Below, in pieces: positions 37,641-50,953 of a DNA stretch of 64,000 nt. The DNA is from Geosiphon pyriformis uo1 (lineage: Eukaryota > Fungi > Glomeromycota): the NCBI GenBank assembly GCA_016748015.1, contig JAAOMT010000664.1, forward strand, positions 566,715-630,714, written 5' to 3'. A program made the position numbers and the translations under genes. The notes under the pieces were generated by a model, which was given only the letters and a program-made list of their open reading frames with translations, did no database searches and was not told the origin of the DNA. How positions within the stretch are numbered: position 1 is the stretch's first letter; the number at the start of each line of letters is the position of its first letter.

Positions 37641-38193
37641 ACAAGTAAGATCTTTAATATATTTTTGTTTAAAAAACTAAAAATAATAAACACATTTATT
37701 ATTAATATAATTAAAAAAAATTGAAATGAGTTTTTTTAAATACAAAAAAATTTTTACATATATTTTTGATAAAACAAGCAAAAAAATCAAAAAATTAGAT
37801 ATTAAAAATATTTATATAAAAAACCAGTTTTGTTGTTAATAAAAATATAAATTTTCTAAAAAAATAAATAAATCAATTTTTTAAAGAACTTATATTCGAT
37901 TTTTTATGTTAGAAAAATATGTAAAACAGCTTAATTTTAGTGTTTTAAATAATAATAAGTTTTTTTAAAAGTCGAAATCTTTTGTTTTAATTTTTGTTAA
38001 AATTTAAAAAAAATTTTTAATATATATTTATGTTTAAATTAAGTTTAAGCAAAGTTAAAAAACTAGTTATAAAAACAAATATTATGCTAATATTATTATA
38101 AAACATATAATTTAAAAATAATTATTAAAAAAATTTCAATTAATTTTTTTAAATTAGCTGTAAAATTTGTTTTTGTTAAATTTAATAAAATAA

Positions 38194-41100
38194 TATTATA
38201 GTTAAAAACCATAGTTTTTATTAATTATCACATATATTAACCACTAATATTATATAATTAATTATTTTATTTTTAGATAGTAATTATTAATTTGATCAAT
38301 GACCTAATTATTGATCTAATTAATAACTTGATTGTTAACTTAATTATTAATTTAATTATTAACCTGGTTATTAACCACTTTCAATAACTATATAAGCAAT
38401 AAATCTCTTAACTATAGCAGTATTAATAATCAAATATAAGAAATAAAAGAAATAAATCATAACTATTATTTTAATTTTTCTCATATTACTTATTTCTTTT
38501 TTTCTATTTTCAAGTATTTGAATATTTTAAGATAAAAAATTACTTGTTGGCATTTTTTCTATTTTTTTCCTGATTTATGTAATTGTAGTATTTGAAAATT
38601 ATTAAATAAAACATGACTAAAAAACATATTTAATATCTAATATTGAATTCTAAAAATATTAACATGAGACATAAAATTATACCAATGTGTTATTATTTGT
38701 TAACAATATGATTTATTTTTCTATTTTCAGATTTCTTAGTTATTCTTTGAAAAAAATAATAACTGAGATATTTTATAAGACTAATCTTATACATTAAATC
38801 TATACTCATTCAATTTATTTTTTGAAGTTAAATTTTTTTTAATCTATTTTATTATCATATAATTCTGTTCTTTTTTGCTATCTGTTAGCTTATTACTTTA
38901 ATTCATAATACAAAAGTGGTGCTCTCTATGAAGTTGTCAAATTTTACTTTGTTTCTTATTATATAAATGATTATTTATATTTGTTACAACAATCAGAAAA
39001 ATACTTTGCAACATATAACAGAAACAATCTAGATTTTATTGAACTCAATTTTCTGTTTTTTTGTTTAATTTGCTTTTCTGTTAAAAAACAATTTAGTAAA
39101 CAATTCCAAAATTTTTGAAACTGGTTTCTGAATAAACATTCAACTGAAATTTATATAGCCTATATAATTTATTTTTTTAATCAAGTTTATTTTGAAAAAA
39201 CTCTTGAAAAAAGAAACAACAACATCAATCAGCTTTTATACTCAATAATTTTTAAACAACAGTCTCCTAATTTCGAATATCTAAATTACCAAATTCACAT
39301 TTGGATTGTTGTTTACCAGTTAATTGAAACATTTTTTGAAACAAAAGAAAAAAACTACCAAACTGTTTCTGTTTTTAATCTTTTTATAAATAAATCAAAT
39401 TATTTTACACAAATAGCTACTTCTAAACTAATGACTACTGATCTCATGCAAACAAACATTTTGGCTGTTTTAAAAAATATATAAACTGTTTTAGAACAAA
39501 AAAACAACACTTTATTACTATTATTTAGAAGTAATATTTAAAACCTAATTAAATAGTTAGATAATTTTGAAAAAATAGCTACAGCCAACCAATATGATAG
39601 TGAATACAAATTCCAAATTATTGGTGGCTATCTTCAAGATTTTTCTGCTATTTGATTCTTACAAGAAACTGATATTAATGCTTATCAAAAAATTATTAGA
39701 TAAATACCAACAAATGTTAAAGAAGAAAACACTTCTTTTATTACTTGGTTTGAAAACAAATTTAAAACTTTCATTTTAATCTTTAAATAATTTATAGAAC
39801 TAGAAAAAAAAATTCAAGATTTTGGTAAAGTTGTAATTAAATATGTAAAAGTGATAAAAAAGCTTATTAAAAAAGTAGACTTTAGAAAAAACTGGATTAA
39901 AAAGTAAAAAATTTACTCTTTTACAAAAAAATTAAGAATCAACTTATCTTATGCTTTGTGGCCTTTTTTGGCCTTAAAAAATAATCTTATAATGAATATA
40001 GTCATTAAATTTACACAAAGAATTAAAAACAATTAAAGAATATATTTAAAATTCATTCTTTTGGTTTTTGTTTTTGTTTTTATTCTGGCTTCTGTTTTTT
40101 AAATGGCTGCTATTTTTTTTGCTGTCCAAATCCAAGATCTCAATAAACAATTAATAGATAAATTTATAGTCAATCTTGTCTGGTTACTAAAGCTTTTAGC
40201 CTAAACAGTTAAAAAATCTTAACAATTTCAAAAACATAGATTTGAATCTTATTTTAATTAGTTCCAATAGTCTTCTTATTAAAAACAACAAAATCATGAC
40301 CTCTATGTATGCTATTGTTGTAAATTAACTGGATATTTCTCAAAAAATTACAACAATTTTCTTTTACTTTTACCAGCTCTTAAAAATAATAATAATTAAA
40401 ACAACAGAATTAATAACAACAATATTTCTAATCAAAGAATTAATCATACTATTACCAGTAATTATTTGGGATATGAAAACAAATAACAAACCTGTAACTT
40501 GGTGCTTAATTGATATAATAATATTGGTTTCTAAAGATTTTGTGTATCTGAAGATTTGGTTTTGAGTTTTTTGTATAATAGACAGAGATTCAATAGTCAT
40601 TTTATTAGTAGTTTTTTGAAATTACAACTTTGTCAAATTTCTTTTTTTAGCATAATGGCTAGTTTATTCTAACAATTGTGTCTTTCTGATAAGCTATTTT
40701 TAATTGGCAAGTTTCCTATTTTTATTTCTGAGTCTTTTACTAGGCTATCTTTAACATCAATAATTCAGTGCTTAATTTTTAATTAATTAGTACACAACAC
40801 TAAATGAATTCAAAGAAATAAAATAAAAAGAAAAAATGAAGAAATTAAGTCAAGGCAATTAAATTAGTATCTTGTTAATAGCTGTAATTAAGTGCTATTG
40901 TTCCAGTGTAATTAAGTGTTGAAGATTATTAATATAAAGTGTTGATAATAGAGAGTTGAATCAGATTTTTAATTAAGTAATAGTAACATGAATGGTAAAA
41001 TAATAGATATGATTTTATTTTAATTTTTGATGATTTTTACTTTGGTTAATAGTAATTATTTTTGAAGCAATAAAATAGAGATAGGAATGAAAATTTTCTA

Positions 41101-41565
41101 TTCTAAGTAAAATCTGTTTTTTTTTTGGTTCTAACACTATTACTATATATACATAATTCTCTTTATACAAGAAATTCTTTTCTTTTGCTAGATTTTCTGC
41201 AAAATTCTTGATTTTCTGAAACATCCAAAATTTCCTAAAAAATTCTCAACTTTTCTGAAATATCTTGGATTTTCTGAATAATTTTGGATTTCTTAAAACA
41301 TACAAAATTTTCTGAAAAATCCTCTTTTTCTCTTGTTCTATTCTAATTGGCTAATTTATAATTATGTGTTTTTTTTTTTTTTATTATGTATTATTATTTT
41401 TTTTTTTTAAGTGTAACAATGTCAACATTAATTTTTTTAAAGAGAATTCCTTAGTTAAAACCACTGTTTATTAGCTTTTAAACTAGTAAGCACATTTCTA
41501 AAGGATAAGAATACAAACCAATTAGAAAAAAGCCTCTTTTATGCTTTTAATCTAATTGATAATGA
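38194..41565 (+). mobile_element. Gypsy element F (same family as G): 5' LTR 38194-38910, PBS 38917-38933, gag; interrupted by J, then cut by I
   Basis: Colinear with G 52430-54110; PBS tggtgctctctatgaag. Confidence 0.87.
40450..41418 (-). mobile_element. Solo LTR J (A/B/D-type R-U5, distinct U3 repeats) inserted in gag of F
   Basis: Reverse complement reads TGTTAC...GGTAATA; flanks ATAC/ATGT are consistent with an ATGC TSD. Confidence 0.86.
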
Positions 41566-42637
41566 TGTTATCAATAGAATTTAGCTATTAACTATCATGA
41601 AATTACTTTTATAATTCCTATTGTTATGGTTAAAACCCATACTTTTTATTAGTTATCACATGTATTAGCCATTAATATCATATAATTAGCTACTGTTACT
41701 CATAGAATATAGGAAATATAGTATTATTAATCAGTAGATATTAGCCAATCAGAGGTAAACGTAGTAAATGTAGAATTCCAGAATTCCTCTCAAAGGAATT
41801 GCAGGATTCCAGAAATTTTAAGATTTCCCAATGAGGAATTGCAGGATTCCAGAATTCCAGGATTCCTCTCATCAGGAATTCCAGGATTTCTCTCATCAGG
41901 AATCCCAGGATTCCTGTCGTAAAGAATTGAGGAATTGAGAAATCTCAATTATGTATATATAGCAGTAGGATTAGAAGCTGAAAAGACAGATCTCTTAGTT
42001 TAAATTTAATCTAAGCAACATTCCAGTTTCCAATCATCAAATAAATAAATATTCCATATCTCAATCTACTCTCTACTATCAACACTTCATGTTGATAGTA
42101 ATTGATACCTAATCTTGTTAAAACAATAGCTCTTGATCACGGCTATTGATGAGATACTAATGTACCAAATTGCCTTGGCTTATTTTTTTATTTTCTTTAT
42201 TTTATTTTCTTTCTTTTTTTGATTTTGTTATTGTATACTAATTGATTAAAAGATTAAGCACTGAGTTATTAACATTAAAGATAGTCTGGTAAAAGACCCA
42301 GAAATAAGGGTAGGATTTTATATATTATCAGATAGCTTACCAGAAAGACATGACTGCCAGACTAAATCTGGCCACCATGCTGAGAAAGAAATTAGGAAAA
42401 CTCTTGGAAAGATACATCTACTATCAACACTATTAAATCTTTGTCCATTATACAAAAGACTTTATCAAAACCTTTAGATACAACACTGGCAGAACTTTAT
42501 TCACGGAAGTAGCTTTTGAGCACCAAGTTATGGGTTTGTTATTTAATTCAACAGCAGAAAAAATCACTTGTAACATTTGGTACTTCCTGTGAGGTATAAT
42601 CCTACAGAGAACCAGTACTAACAAACACCATCCAAAA

Positions 42638-45600
42638 GTGACAGAATCAGAAAATATAAGAGCAAACCATTTAGGATTCACAAAATCCTTATTTCAACAC
42701 TATTGTCAATACTTGGGATTAAATCACAATCATATATCTGCTGAATCAGTCTTTAATTTCTACATCAACGAAAAAATTTCCTCTTTATTAGGAACACTAG
42801 TGAATACTAAATCAGCAAGAGAAACTTTCTATAGGGAGTTAATTCAAAATACCAACCTATCAACAAATCATAATTTCACATCCATCATCACTGAGATCAA
42901 CAAAGAAATTGAACACCACACTCAAAAAAGATATCTAATTACATATGCTAGTAAAGACAAGGAAAAACTACAAACACCAGCAGTAACATCCAGAAAAATA
43001 CAGCCACCTACTTGGAAGAAAAACAGAATTGAATCCCCAAGCAACTTATCCTACCACTATACATCTAGAAGTGCCATCAACATATCATCAACAGATGCAT
43101 TCCCATCAACTGCGACATCAGCATTTAAATGATTCCTATTCCAAAACAGACAAAGAAAAACAAAATTATTAGGACCATATGGTGAATACTTTGAGGGATT
43201 TAATTCACAATTATCAACCTCATCAGGACTTCGATCACTACTGCCTCCACCAGATTTCGGAATCTTTGATCTGTGGGAAGCAGCAAAATCAGAAAAAAAG
43301 GAAGAAGAATCAGAGGATCAAGAATTCACTTACCAGCAACCAATTACTGAAAACCTGGAAGTTGAAACCCCGAATTTTCAAACTTAGCAAAATCTAAATC
43401 TAGAAAATTCAGAAATCGAAACTCCGAATCATCAAAGGCAGAACAATCCAAACCCCAAATTAATTAATTAGCAAAACTTACCTCCGGTAATTGTCATCAA
43501 TCAACTGCCGATTAATCCTATAGCCAAACCCATACAACAGCCACTTCAACTACCACCCCAACAACCAGTACAACAACAACTGCTTCAACAGCCACCACAA
43601 CCACCTAACTTAGATCCAATAGCCTATGCACCAATTGCAAAACTTGACAACTTTACTGGTGAAGAGGATGATGCTTAAGTATAGTTGAATGATGTAGAAA
43701 AGGCCATCGCAGCCAACAGATGGAATAATGCCCAAGCAATGCAAGCCATTTCCTACTTTCTCAAGGATACTGCCAATTCATGGTATCAGAGCTTGGTTAA
43801 TAAACCACAAGATTTCAATGCCTTCAAAGTGGAATTCCTAAAATACTTCAGCAACAATAACAGCATCAATTGCCTAGTTAATACATTCACTACCATGGAA
43901 CAAGGAGAAACTGAAGCAGTTATCACTTACCTAAGACGCTTCCATCAAAATCTGTGCCAAGTTCAAGCAATTGATGCCAACTATTTCACAGCCCCACAGA
44001 TACTCAATCAGTTTATCCGTGGTCTGTGCAGCAGCATCTTGCAACATGTACATCCATTGCATTCAGGCACCCTTTAAGATGCAGTCACATGTGCCAGAGA
44101 TTTTGAATCCACTGAGTCAGAAGCTAACCATGCCCAAACTGTTAATTTAGTAATGAACGGATCATCTGAATTGAATTCCAAATTGAAGAAGTTCAGTGAA
44201 TCAATTAATAAGAGATTGGAAGAATACTTAGCTGACAATCACGCCATTTGTCAGCCTCCACAATGATGCAATAATCAAGGAAACTCTAATTGTGCCCAAA
44301 ATCAACCATGTCTATCTTCATCAACCAATCAACAGTGGCAACAGAAAACGCATATCTGCCATTATTGTGGTAAACAAGGACATATCCAAATTGACTGTTG
44401 CCAGTGTTTAAATAATCAACGATTGAGAAATCAATATTAAAACCCCAATTACTGGTTCCAAACTCTGAATCAGTACTTAAATCAAAACCAACCCGCTTAT
44501 CTACTAGTGACACAGTTATCAGTCTATCAATCTCCAGTGTATCAAGCTCCAATCTATCAACTGCAGCCACAAGTAATTTATCAACAACTGCAGCCACAAA
44601 TAATTTATCAGCCCCAACAAATCCAAATACCACCCCAAAGCTTACCACTCAACAGAACCCAAAGACCAAGAATGACTTAACAGAGCTGGAGATCAGTGAT
44701 AGTAATCCATTAACTGATCTTTAGTTCTTCACAACAACCATCTGGATTATGCCAGCGGAATTCGGGTGCCAGTCAATCCCAGAACCCAAATTCCCAGAAC
44801 TATTTAAGTCTCCTGGTCACTCCAAAAGATGCCTCAACCAATAACTCAGCATTTGCCCAAAAACAACCACTCACCAGTAATATTTCACCTGCTACCATCA
44901 CTGAAGACAAGTCTTTGGCTACTATATTCCCATTCGAATTCGAGAAAACAACTGCAATGCTATTATTTAGTGGAGCCACTCTTGAAGCCAAACCAATTAC
45001 CGCGATGTACACTGACACCAAAGTCGAGAGACAATCTATCAAATTGATCCTTAACAGTGGTTCTGCAGGCAGCATCATTACCTGACAACTCATAGATCAA
45101 TTAGGTTGCCGAGTTGATTGAGCTGCCAGCACTAGAATCATCACAGCTGATGGAGTGACCAAAACTCCAATCAGTGAAATTAACAACTTCCCTTTTGAAG
45201 TCAATGGCATCATGACTCCCATTAAAGTTCTAGTGATGGAAGCCACTCAATATCAAGCTCTTATTGGTAATGACTGGCTATTCAAAGTCAATGCAACGTT
45301 AGACTGGAACACCCAGGAACTCCAGCTAACATATTAGGGCTGATACATACGTGTACCAGCCACGTGTGGCCATTTCAAGACTCCTTCAAGAGAAAAACTA
45401 TTGATCGAACTGGAGGAAGAGAAAAAAAAACTTACCTGGGAAGCTTACCAAGTCTCCTGGGCTGACGCCGACCACAACGAACTACCACCAATACTCTCGT
45501 GGAATGACAACCCTAAGGGAAAGCAAAAAGAGGAACTAATCTGGGAAACAGACAATTTGACCTGGACTGACAATGAACAGGAAGAACCATCAAGTTGGGA

Positions 45601-48600
45601 GTGGAAAGAAGAAAAGGGCAAAAAAAAAAAGAGTGAGGAAGAAAACACTCAAGCCAACAACACTTATATCCCATACACCTATGGTCAACAACAATTATTG
45701 ACCTATTGCTAACCCAAACTGATATGCATTGATTGCAGCAAAAAATTGTCATCAATGGGTGCATGCTATGGCGATGATAAAGAATATCAGATGGCAACCA
45801 AGTTCTATTGTCGTGCATGCCATGTCAAACGTTTTGAAAGACCAAAACGAGTGGGAAAATGAGATAATACACTATGTATAGCCTGTGGAGAAACTCTTTT
45901 CGACAAAGGAATGTGAAATGACATTCCAGAGAGAGGAGAAATGTGTGACGTGTTCTGCCAATACATGATCCTTATCAGTGACTGGGTCGAGAAAGAAACA
46001 CCCATAGAAGCTGCCTGGAGAAGAGCTGTACAGCAATTGAACAGTTGTCCACATGATGATGATAAAATATGGCAGATGGCAATTGCCAAAATTGAAGGTG
46101 TGTTGCCAGAAGAAATCAGGACAATTAAAAACAACCCACCAGAACCCATCGAGCTTGACTGGGATGCAGAGCCAGTCATAAATTTTCTGGAACCAGAAGA
46201 GTTCTATGAACACTACCAAAACTTGGCACCCACTAGAGAAAAGCAAGAACAATGGCTAGCACAGTTAAATACAAGACTGTGTCGTCATTATTTAATTCCC
46301 AATGACTTTGAATATTGTGACAATTGTGACCTCATTTACAATCTACCACCATGTATGATCTACACGATCTTTAAAGAAGAAGAACCAATCAGCAGCTGTA
46401 CATCAGAATCAGAATTGCTGATCAATTACGATCCAGACTCCGACAATAATGATGAAAACACTGGTTCCAGTTCCGTTCAAAATGGCAATGACAACAAAGG
46501 TGATTCAAACTTAGATTCAAACTCCAATTTAAACTATGAACAATACATTGCACTACCAGATCTTTCTAAGGAACAAGAGTTGAAATGGTATAATGACAAT
46601 GGGGAAGATATTATGCCAGAACATGTACATGATACTGATGCAGGGTTGGATCTGAAGTATCCAGGAAAAGAGGCCATCAAATTGGAACCACATTCACGCA
46701 TCTGCATTGATCTGAAAGTAACACTAGAAATTCTAACAACAACAATGGTTCAATTAGCATCTAGGAGTAGTTTAGCAAAAAGAGGAATTAATATAAGAGG
46801 AGGAATAATTGATGTGGGATATGTAGAAAATATTATTGCTATACTACAAAATAACTCAGAAAAGGTCTATATAATAGAGCCCAATGAAAAAATAGCACAG
46901 ACAATATTCCTGCCTCTGGTTAGAGTAGCTCAGTTAGTATCAGTGGAAAAGAGAGAGGAATTAGGAATAACAGTGAGAGAAATACAGGGATTTGGATTAA
47001 TGGGTAGAATAAATGTACCAGTTAATATGGCAGAGGAAGAAATTGTTGGCCAAGGAGAAATTATCTCAACCGCTTAAGCTATTTCTATTTCACCATATAA
47101 CCAGTACATGTTAGCAATAGAAAAGAAGAAAAAAGACCAAGCACAAATTTTTGAAGCAGAAGCCAGTCTTTGTGAATTAGGAGAAGTTAGACTCATCAAT
47201 CTCCACATACCAGCCAAAGATTACAGCCACATCAAAATTCCCATCTACAACAATACAAGAAATGTCATAGAAATACCAGCTGGAACTGTTATTGGATATT
47301 TAAACACTAAAATGGAGGATCAACCACCAAACCCCATTCCAGACTTTCCACAACTTTGTGGATATGTTGATATTACATCACAAACAATATATGGATGAAG
47401 TAAATGTTATTTGCTCCAACCAGAACAATTGGAACAAATGAACATAAGAAACTTAGATCCACTCTAACATATGCAACTTAAGATGTTGCTCAACCAGTTC
47501 AATGACATCTTTGCTAGCGAAAATGAGTTTGGCCAAACTGACATCATCCAGCATCAGATCAAGACTGGAGATACAATGCCAATTAAACAAAGAGCATATA
47601 GAGTGCCACCAGTCAGCCATGAGATTATTCATCAAGAGATAAACCGAATGCTTGACAATGGGCTAATTCAGCCATCAATGAGCCCATGGTCATCACCAGT
47701 AGTACTCGTCCGTAAGAAGAATGAAAAGATCCAATTTTGTGTGAACTACAGAAAACTCAATGGTGTAACTTGTGGAGACAGCTATCCAACTCCACGGATA
47801 CAGGAATTATTCGATGCTTTTGGTGGAAACAAATGGTTTTCAACATTAGACTTAGATAGTGGTTACTGGCAAGTAGCCATGGATCCAGCCAACAGTATTC
47901 ACCACGAGAGAAGAGAATTTTGAATTTAAAATAATGCTATTCGGTTTAACCAATGCACCAGCCACTTTCCAATGACTAATAGAAATCATCTATACTGGCT
48001 TATTGTGGAAATCAGTAGTTGTATACTTAGACAACACCAATATATTTTCAAAAACATTTGATGATTATCTTTATCATCTTCAACAAGTGTTCGAAAGACT
48101 AAGAAAAGCAGGGCTAAAGTTAAATGCAACAAAGTGCTTCTTTGGCAAGACAGAGCTAAAATTCTTAGGACACATAGTCAGCAAAAATGGCATCAAAACA
48201 GATCCAGAGAAAATAGAGATAGTAAAGAACTTTCCAGTGCCAACCAATATGACAGAACTAAAATCATTCTTGGGATTCGCCAGCTACTATCGACATTTTA
48301 TCAAGAACTTTTCCAAGATAGTGCAGCCACTCAACTAACTGCAAACCAAGAATACCAAATATGAATGGGCAGAAAGTCAACAAGAAGCTTTTGACATTTT
48401 GAAAAGAAAGCTCATTCAAGCTCCAATACTGATTTATCCAGATCACAGCAAACTATTCATTATCACCACTGATGCATCCAGCCAAGCATTGGGAGCAGTA
48501 TTATCTCAGAGAGGACCAGACGGCAGAGAACATCCAGTAGCATATGCCAGCAGAGGTTTAACACCAGCCAAAAAGAACTATGGAACTCTAGAACAAGAAC

Positions 48601-48827
48601 ACTTAGCAATATACTGAGCAGTCATGAAATGGAAAGAATACTTGAACCAGAAGTTTGAAGTATACACAGATCACAAGGAATTAACATCACTCCAAAGACA
48701 AAAATTTGGAGATGGAAGACAGTCAAGATGAAAAATGGCACTCGCACTATACAATTATACTATACATTACAAAAAAGGAAAAGACAATGGAAATGCTAAT
48801 GGTTTATCATAAATGAGACAAATCTAA
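42638..48827 (+). pseudogene. Element D gag-protease-Cys-rich-dUTPase-RT-RNaseH polyprotein
   Basis: ORF fragments 42638-47923 share one frame; a small deletion at ~47893 shifts the frame. Motifs CHYCGKQGHIQIDC, LIL(D>N)SGS, PWSSPVVLV, TDASSQALGAVLSQ. Confidence 0.93.
46585..47013 (+). pseudogene. dut: dUTPase domain of element D
   Basis: Motifs DAGLDL, ASRSSLA, GGIIDVGYV, EKIAQ, REIQGFGLMG. Confidence 0.9.
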
Positions 48828-48889
48828 GAACATTTTAACACAAAAATATAACAAAACCAGAACAATACCAACGAAAAATATAACAAAAA

Positions 48890-50270
48890 ATGAACACACA
48901 AAAATATCAACAACTACAACATTATATAGACATTCAACAGTTCAAAGAGAATTTATCTCAAATGGAATGAAAGAGTATCAAACAACAATCAAAATATTTT
49001 ATCACTCACCAAAATATACTTTATTGGAAAAATAGAAAAACTCCAGATCAACCAACCAGAGTAGTTACGAAACCAGAAAAAGAGACAATATTATTCAACA
49101 TGCACTCAAATCCAACAGCAGGACATTTTCACAAAGAAACAACCATGGAAAAAACCAGAAAAAGATACTATTGGCCATTAATATATCCAGACATCATCCA
49201 ATATGTTCAAAATTGTGATGCTTGTCAGTGAAGAGAAGATATGAAACCCAGTGAACCATTAAGACCAATCAAAGTAAGACAATCATTCAATCATGTTGGA
49301 ATTGATCTAGTTGGATCATTAACAATTACCAGTGGAGGAAACAGGTACATAGCAGTAGTCATAGACTATCTCACTAAATGGCCAGAGACGAAAGCAATTT
49401 AAAGAGCAGATGCAGAATCTGTTGCCGAATTTGTTCATCAGGATTTGATCTATTGACATGGATGTCCAAAAGAATTATTATCAGACCAAGGAACTCATTT
49501 TGTGAACAAAACATTAACAGAATTGAGCCAAAAATTCGGAATTAAGAGACCACTATCATTACTATACCATCTACAAACCAATGGATTAGTTGAAAAATTC
49601 AACAGAACATTGTGTGAAGCAATAGCTAAATTCAGCCAAGAAAACCAGAACGATTGGGATTTGTTGATACCATCAGTACTAGTTGCTTATCAGACAATGA
49701 AACAAGATACTACACAAGCAACACTATTTGAATTAGTATATGATAGAACAGCAATACTACCAGTGGAACTAGAAGTCAGCACATACTTCACTGAACCAAT
49801 AACAGAAGAGAATTTCAAAAATACATTGTTGAGAAGAACATATGACTTAATGGAAACATTAGAAAATAAATGATAAAGAACAGCTAATAACATACAAAAG
49901 TCACAAAAAAAACAAAAAGAAAGACATAATAACCAACTACTAGATAAACCAGTTGAATTCAGGATTGGAGACAAAGTACTACTACATCATATCAAAGCAA
50001 AAAAACAATGGAGTAGAAAATTTGACCCCAAATGGGACGAACCATTTCACATAGAAGAAATTCTAGGAAATGGAGCTTACAAATTAAGATTAAATAACAA
50101 AATCTTGACCAAAGCAGCACATGGAGATCGACTGAAACCATACCACCAAATAGCATCATCATCCATCAATAATATTCCACAATTAGGAGTACAGAATACT
50201 AATCCAACCAGATGAGATTCCACAAGATCTAGAACCAATCATTATCATTGACAACAACAAGTCTAATTGA
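48890..50270 (+). pseudogene. Element D stand-alone integrase ORF
   Basis: ATG at 48890 lies 65 nt from the RNase H stop, in a different frame. HHCC, SDQGTHF, QTNGLVEKFNRTL and a GPF-like module are present. Confidence 0.92.
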
Positions 50271-50323
50271 TTGACAAAAGAATATATAAGAACATAGTTG
50301 ATGTGACAGAAGAGATCAGGAAA

Positions 50324-50953
50324 ATAGAAATTACGAACAATATCCATTCACTAGCCCAATAAATTTTTCAATTAATCCAACACCAGGAGATAAAAATTAC
50401 CATCAATTAACAAACCATTCGTTACAAAAATACGGTAAAGATACCACAAAACAAAGCATAGAAAAGACTTGAAAACGTGGTCGACAAGATCATGACTAAG
50501 ATAAAATTGGTCATGAAAGAACAACAAATAGTCAGATTATACCAAGAACTTACCAGAGAAACTTGGACTTGGTGGATACAACAATTTCCATAAAACTATT
50601 GTTATTTTTACTTGGGACAACACATAAATATCCAGAATTTATATATGGATAAAACAAAGTGATTATTTAACAAAAGAATACTACAATAATTAGAACATTT
50701 TGTGGGAAAGAACAACTTATCCACACAGGCCCAAGCTATATACCAAATACACACAGCATTTCAGGATCGACCAGAAATCCTACTCAACAAAACAATGGAT
50801 ACGGTTACCAGTAATTAATTGGGAAAAATCACCAATGCTCAATTTGAAGAATTACGGACTCAAATAACACAAGTAATTCTCGAAAATGAAATTCAGAAAA
50901 TACTTCAAGAGGGAGAATTAAATGAATTGGATTTTGACGGAGCTCAATATTAA
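50324..50953 (+). pseudogene. Element D ORF3 (210 codons, no indel; start decayed ATG>ATA)
   Basis: Reads (M)EITNNIHSLAQ...AFQDRPEILL...LDFDGAQY*. TATA-like aatatataag at 50281. Confidence 0.78.

Noticed and set aside
37640-38193. Possible additional decayed element before F
   Set aside because: Too AT-eroded; no motif or terminus could be supported.
42377-42640. Gag starting at the LTR Kozak ATG (in frame in D, 261 nt upstream of the GTG)
   Set aside because: Two stops intervene at positions where other copies also have stops, and the ATG is out of frame with gag in B.
50100-50270. Chromodomain at the integrase C-terminus
   Set aside because: The tail after the GPF module is short and lacks the YLVKW-type aromatic cage motif.
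50324-50953. ORF3 as an env gene
   Set aside because: It occupies the env position, but it is only ~200 aa and I saw no signal peptide, furin site or transmembrane segment.
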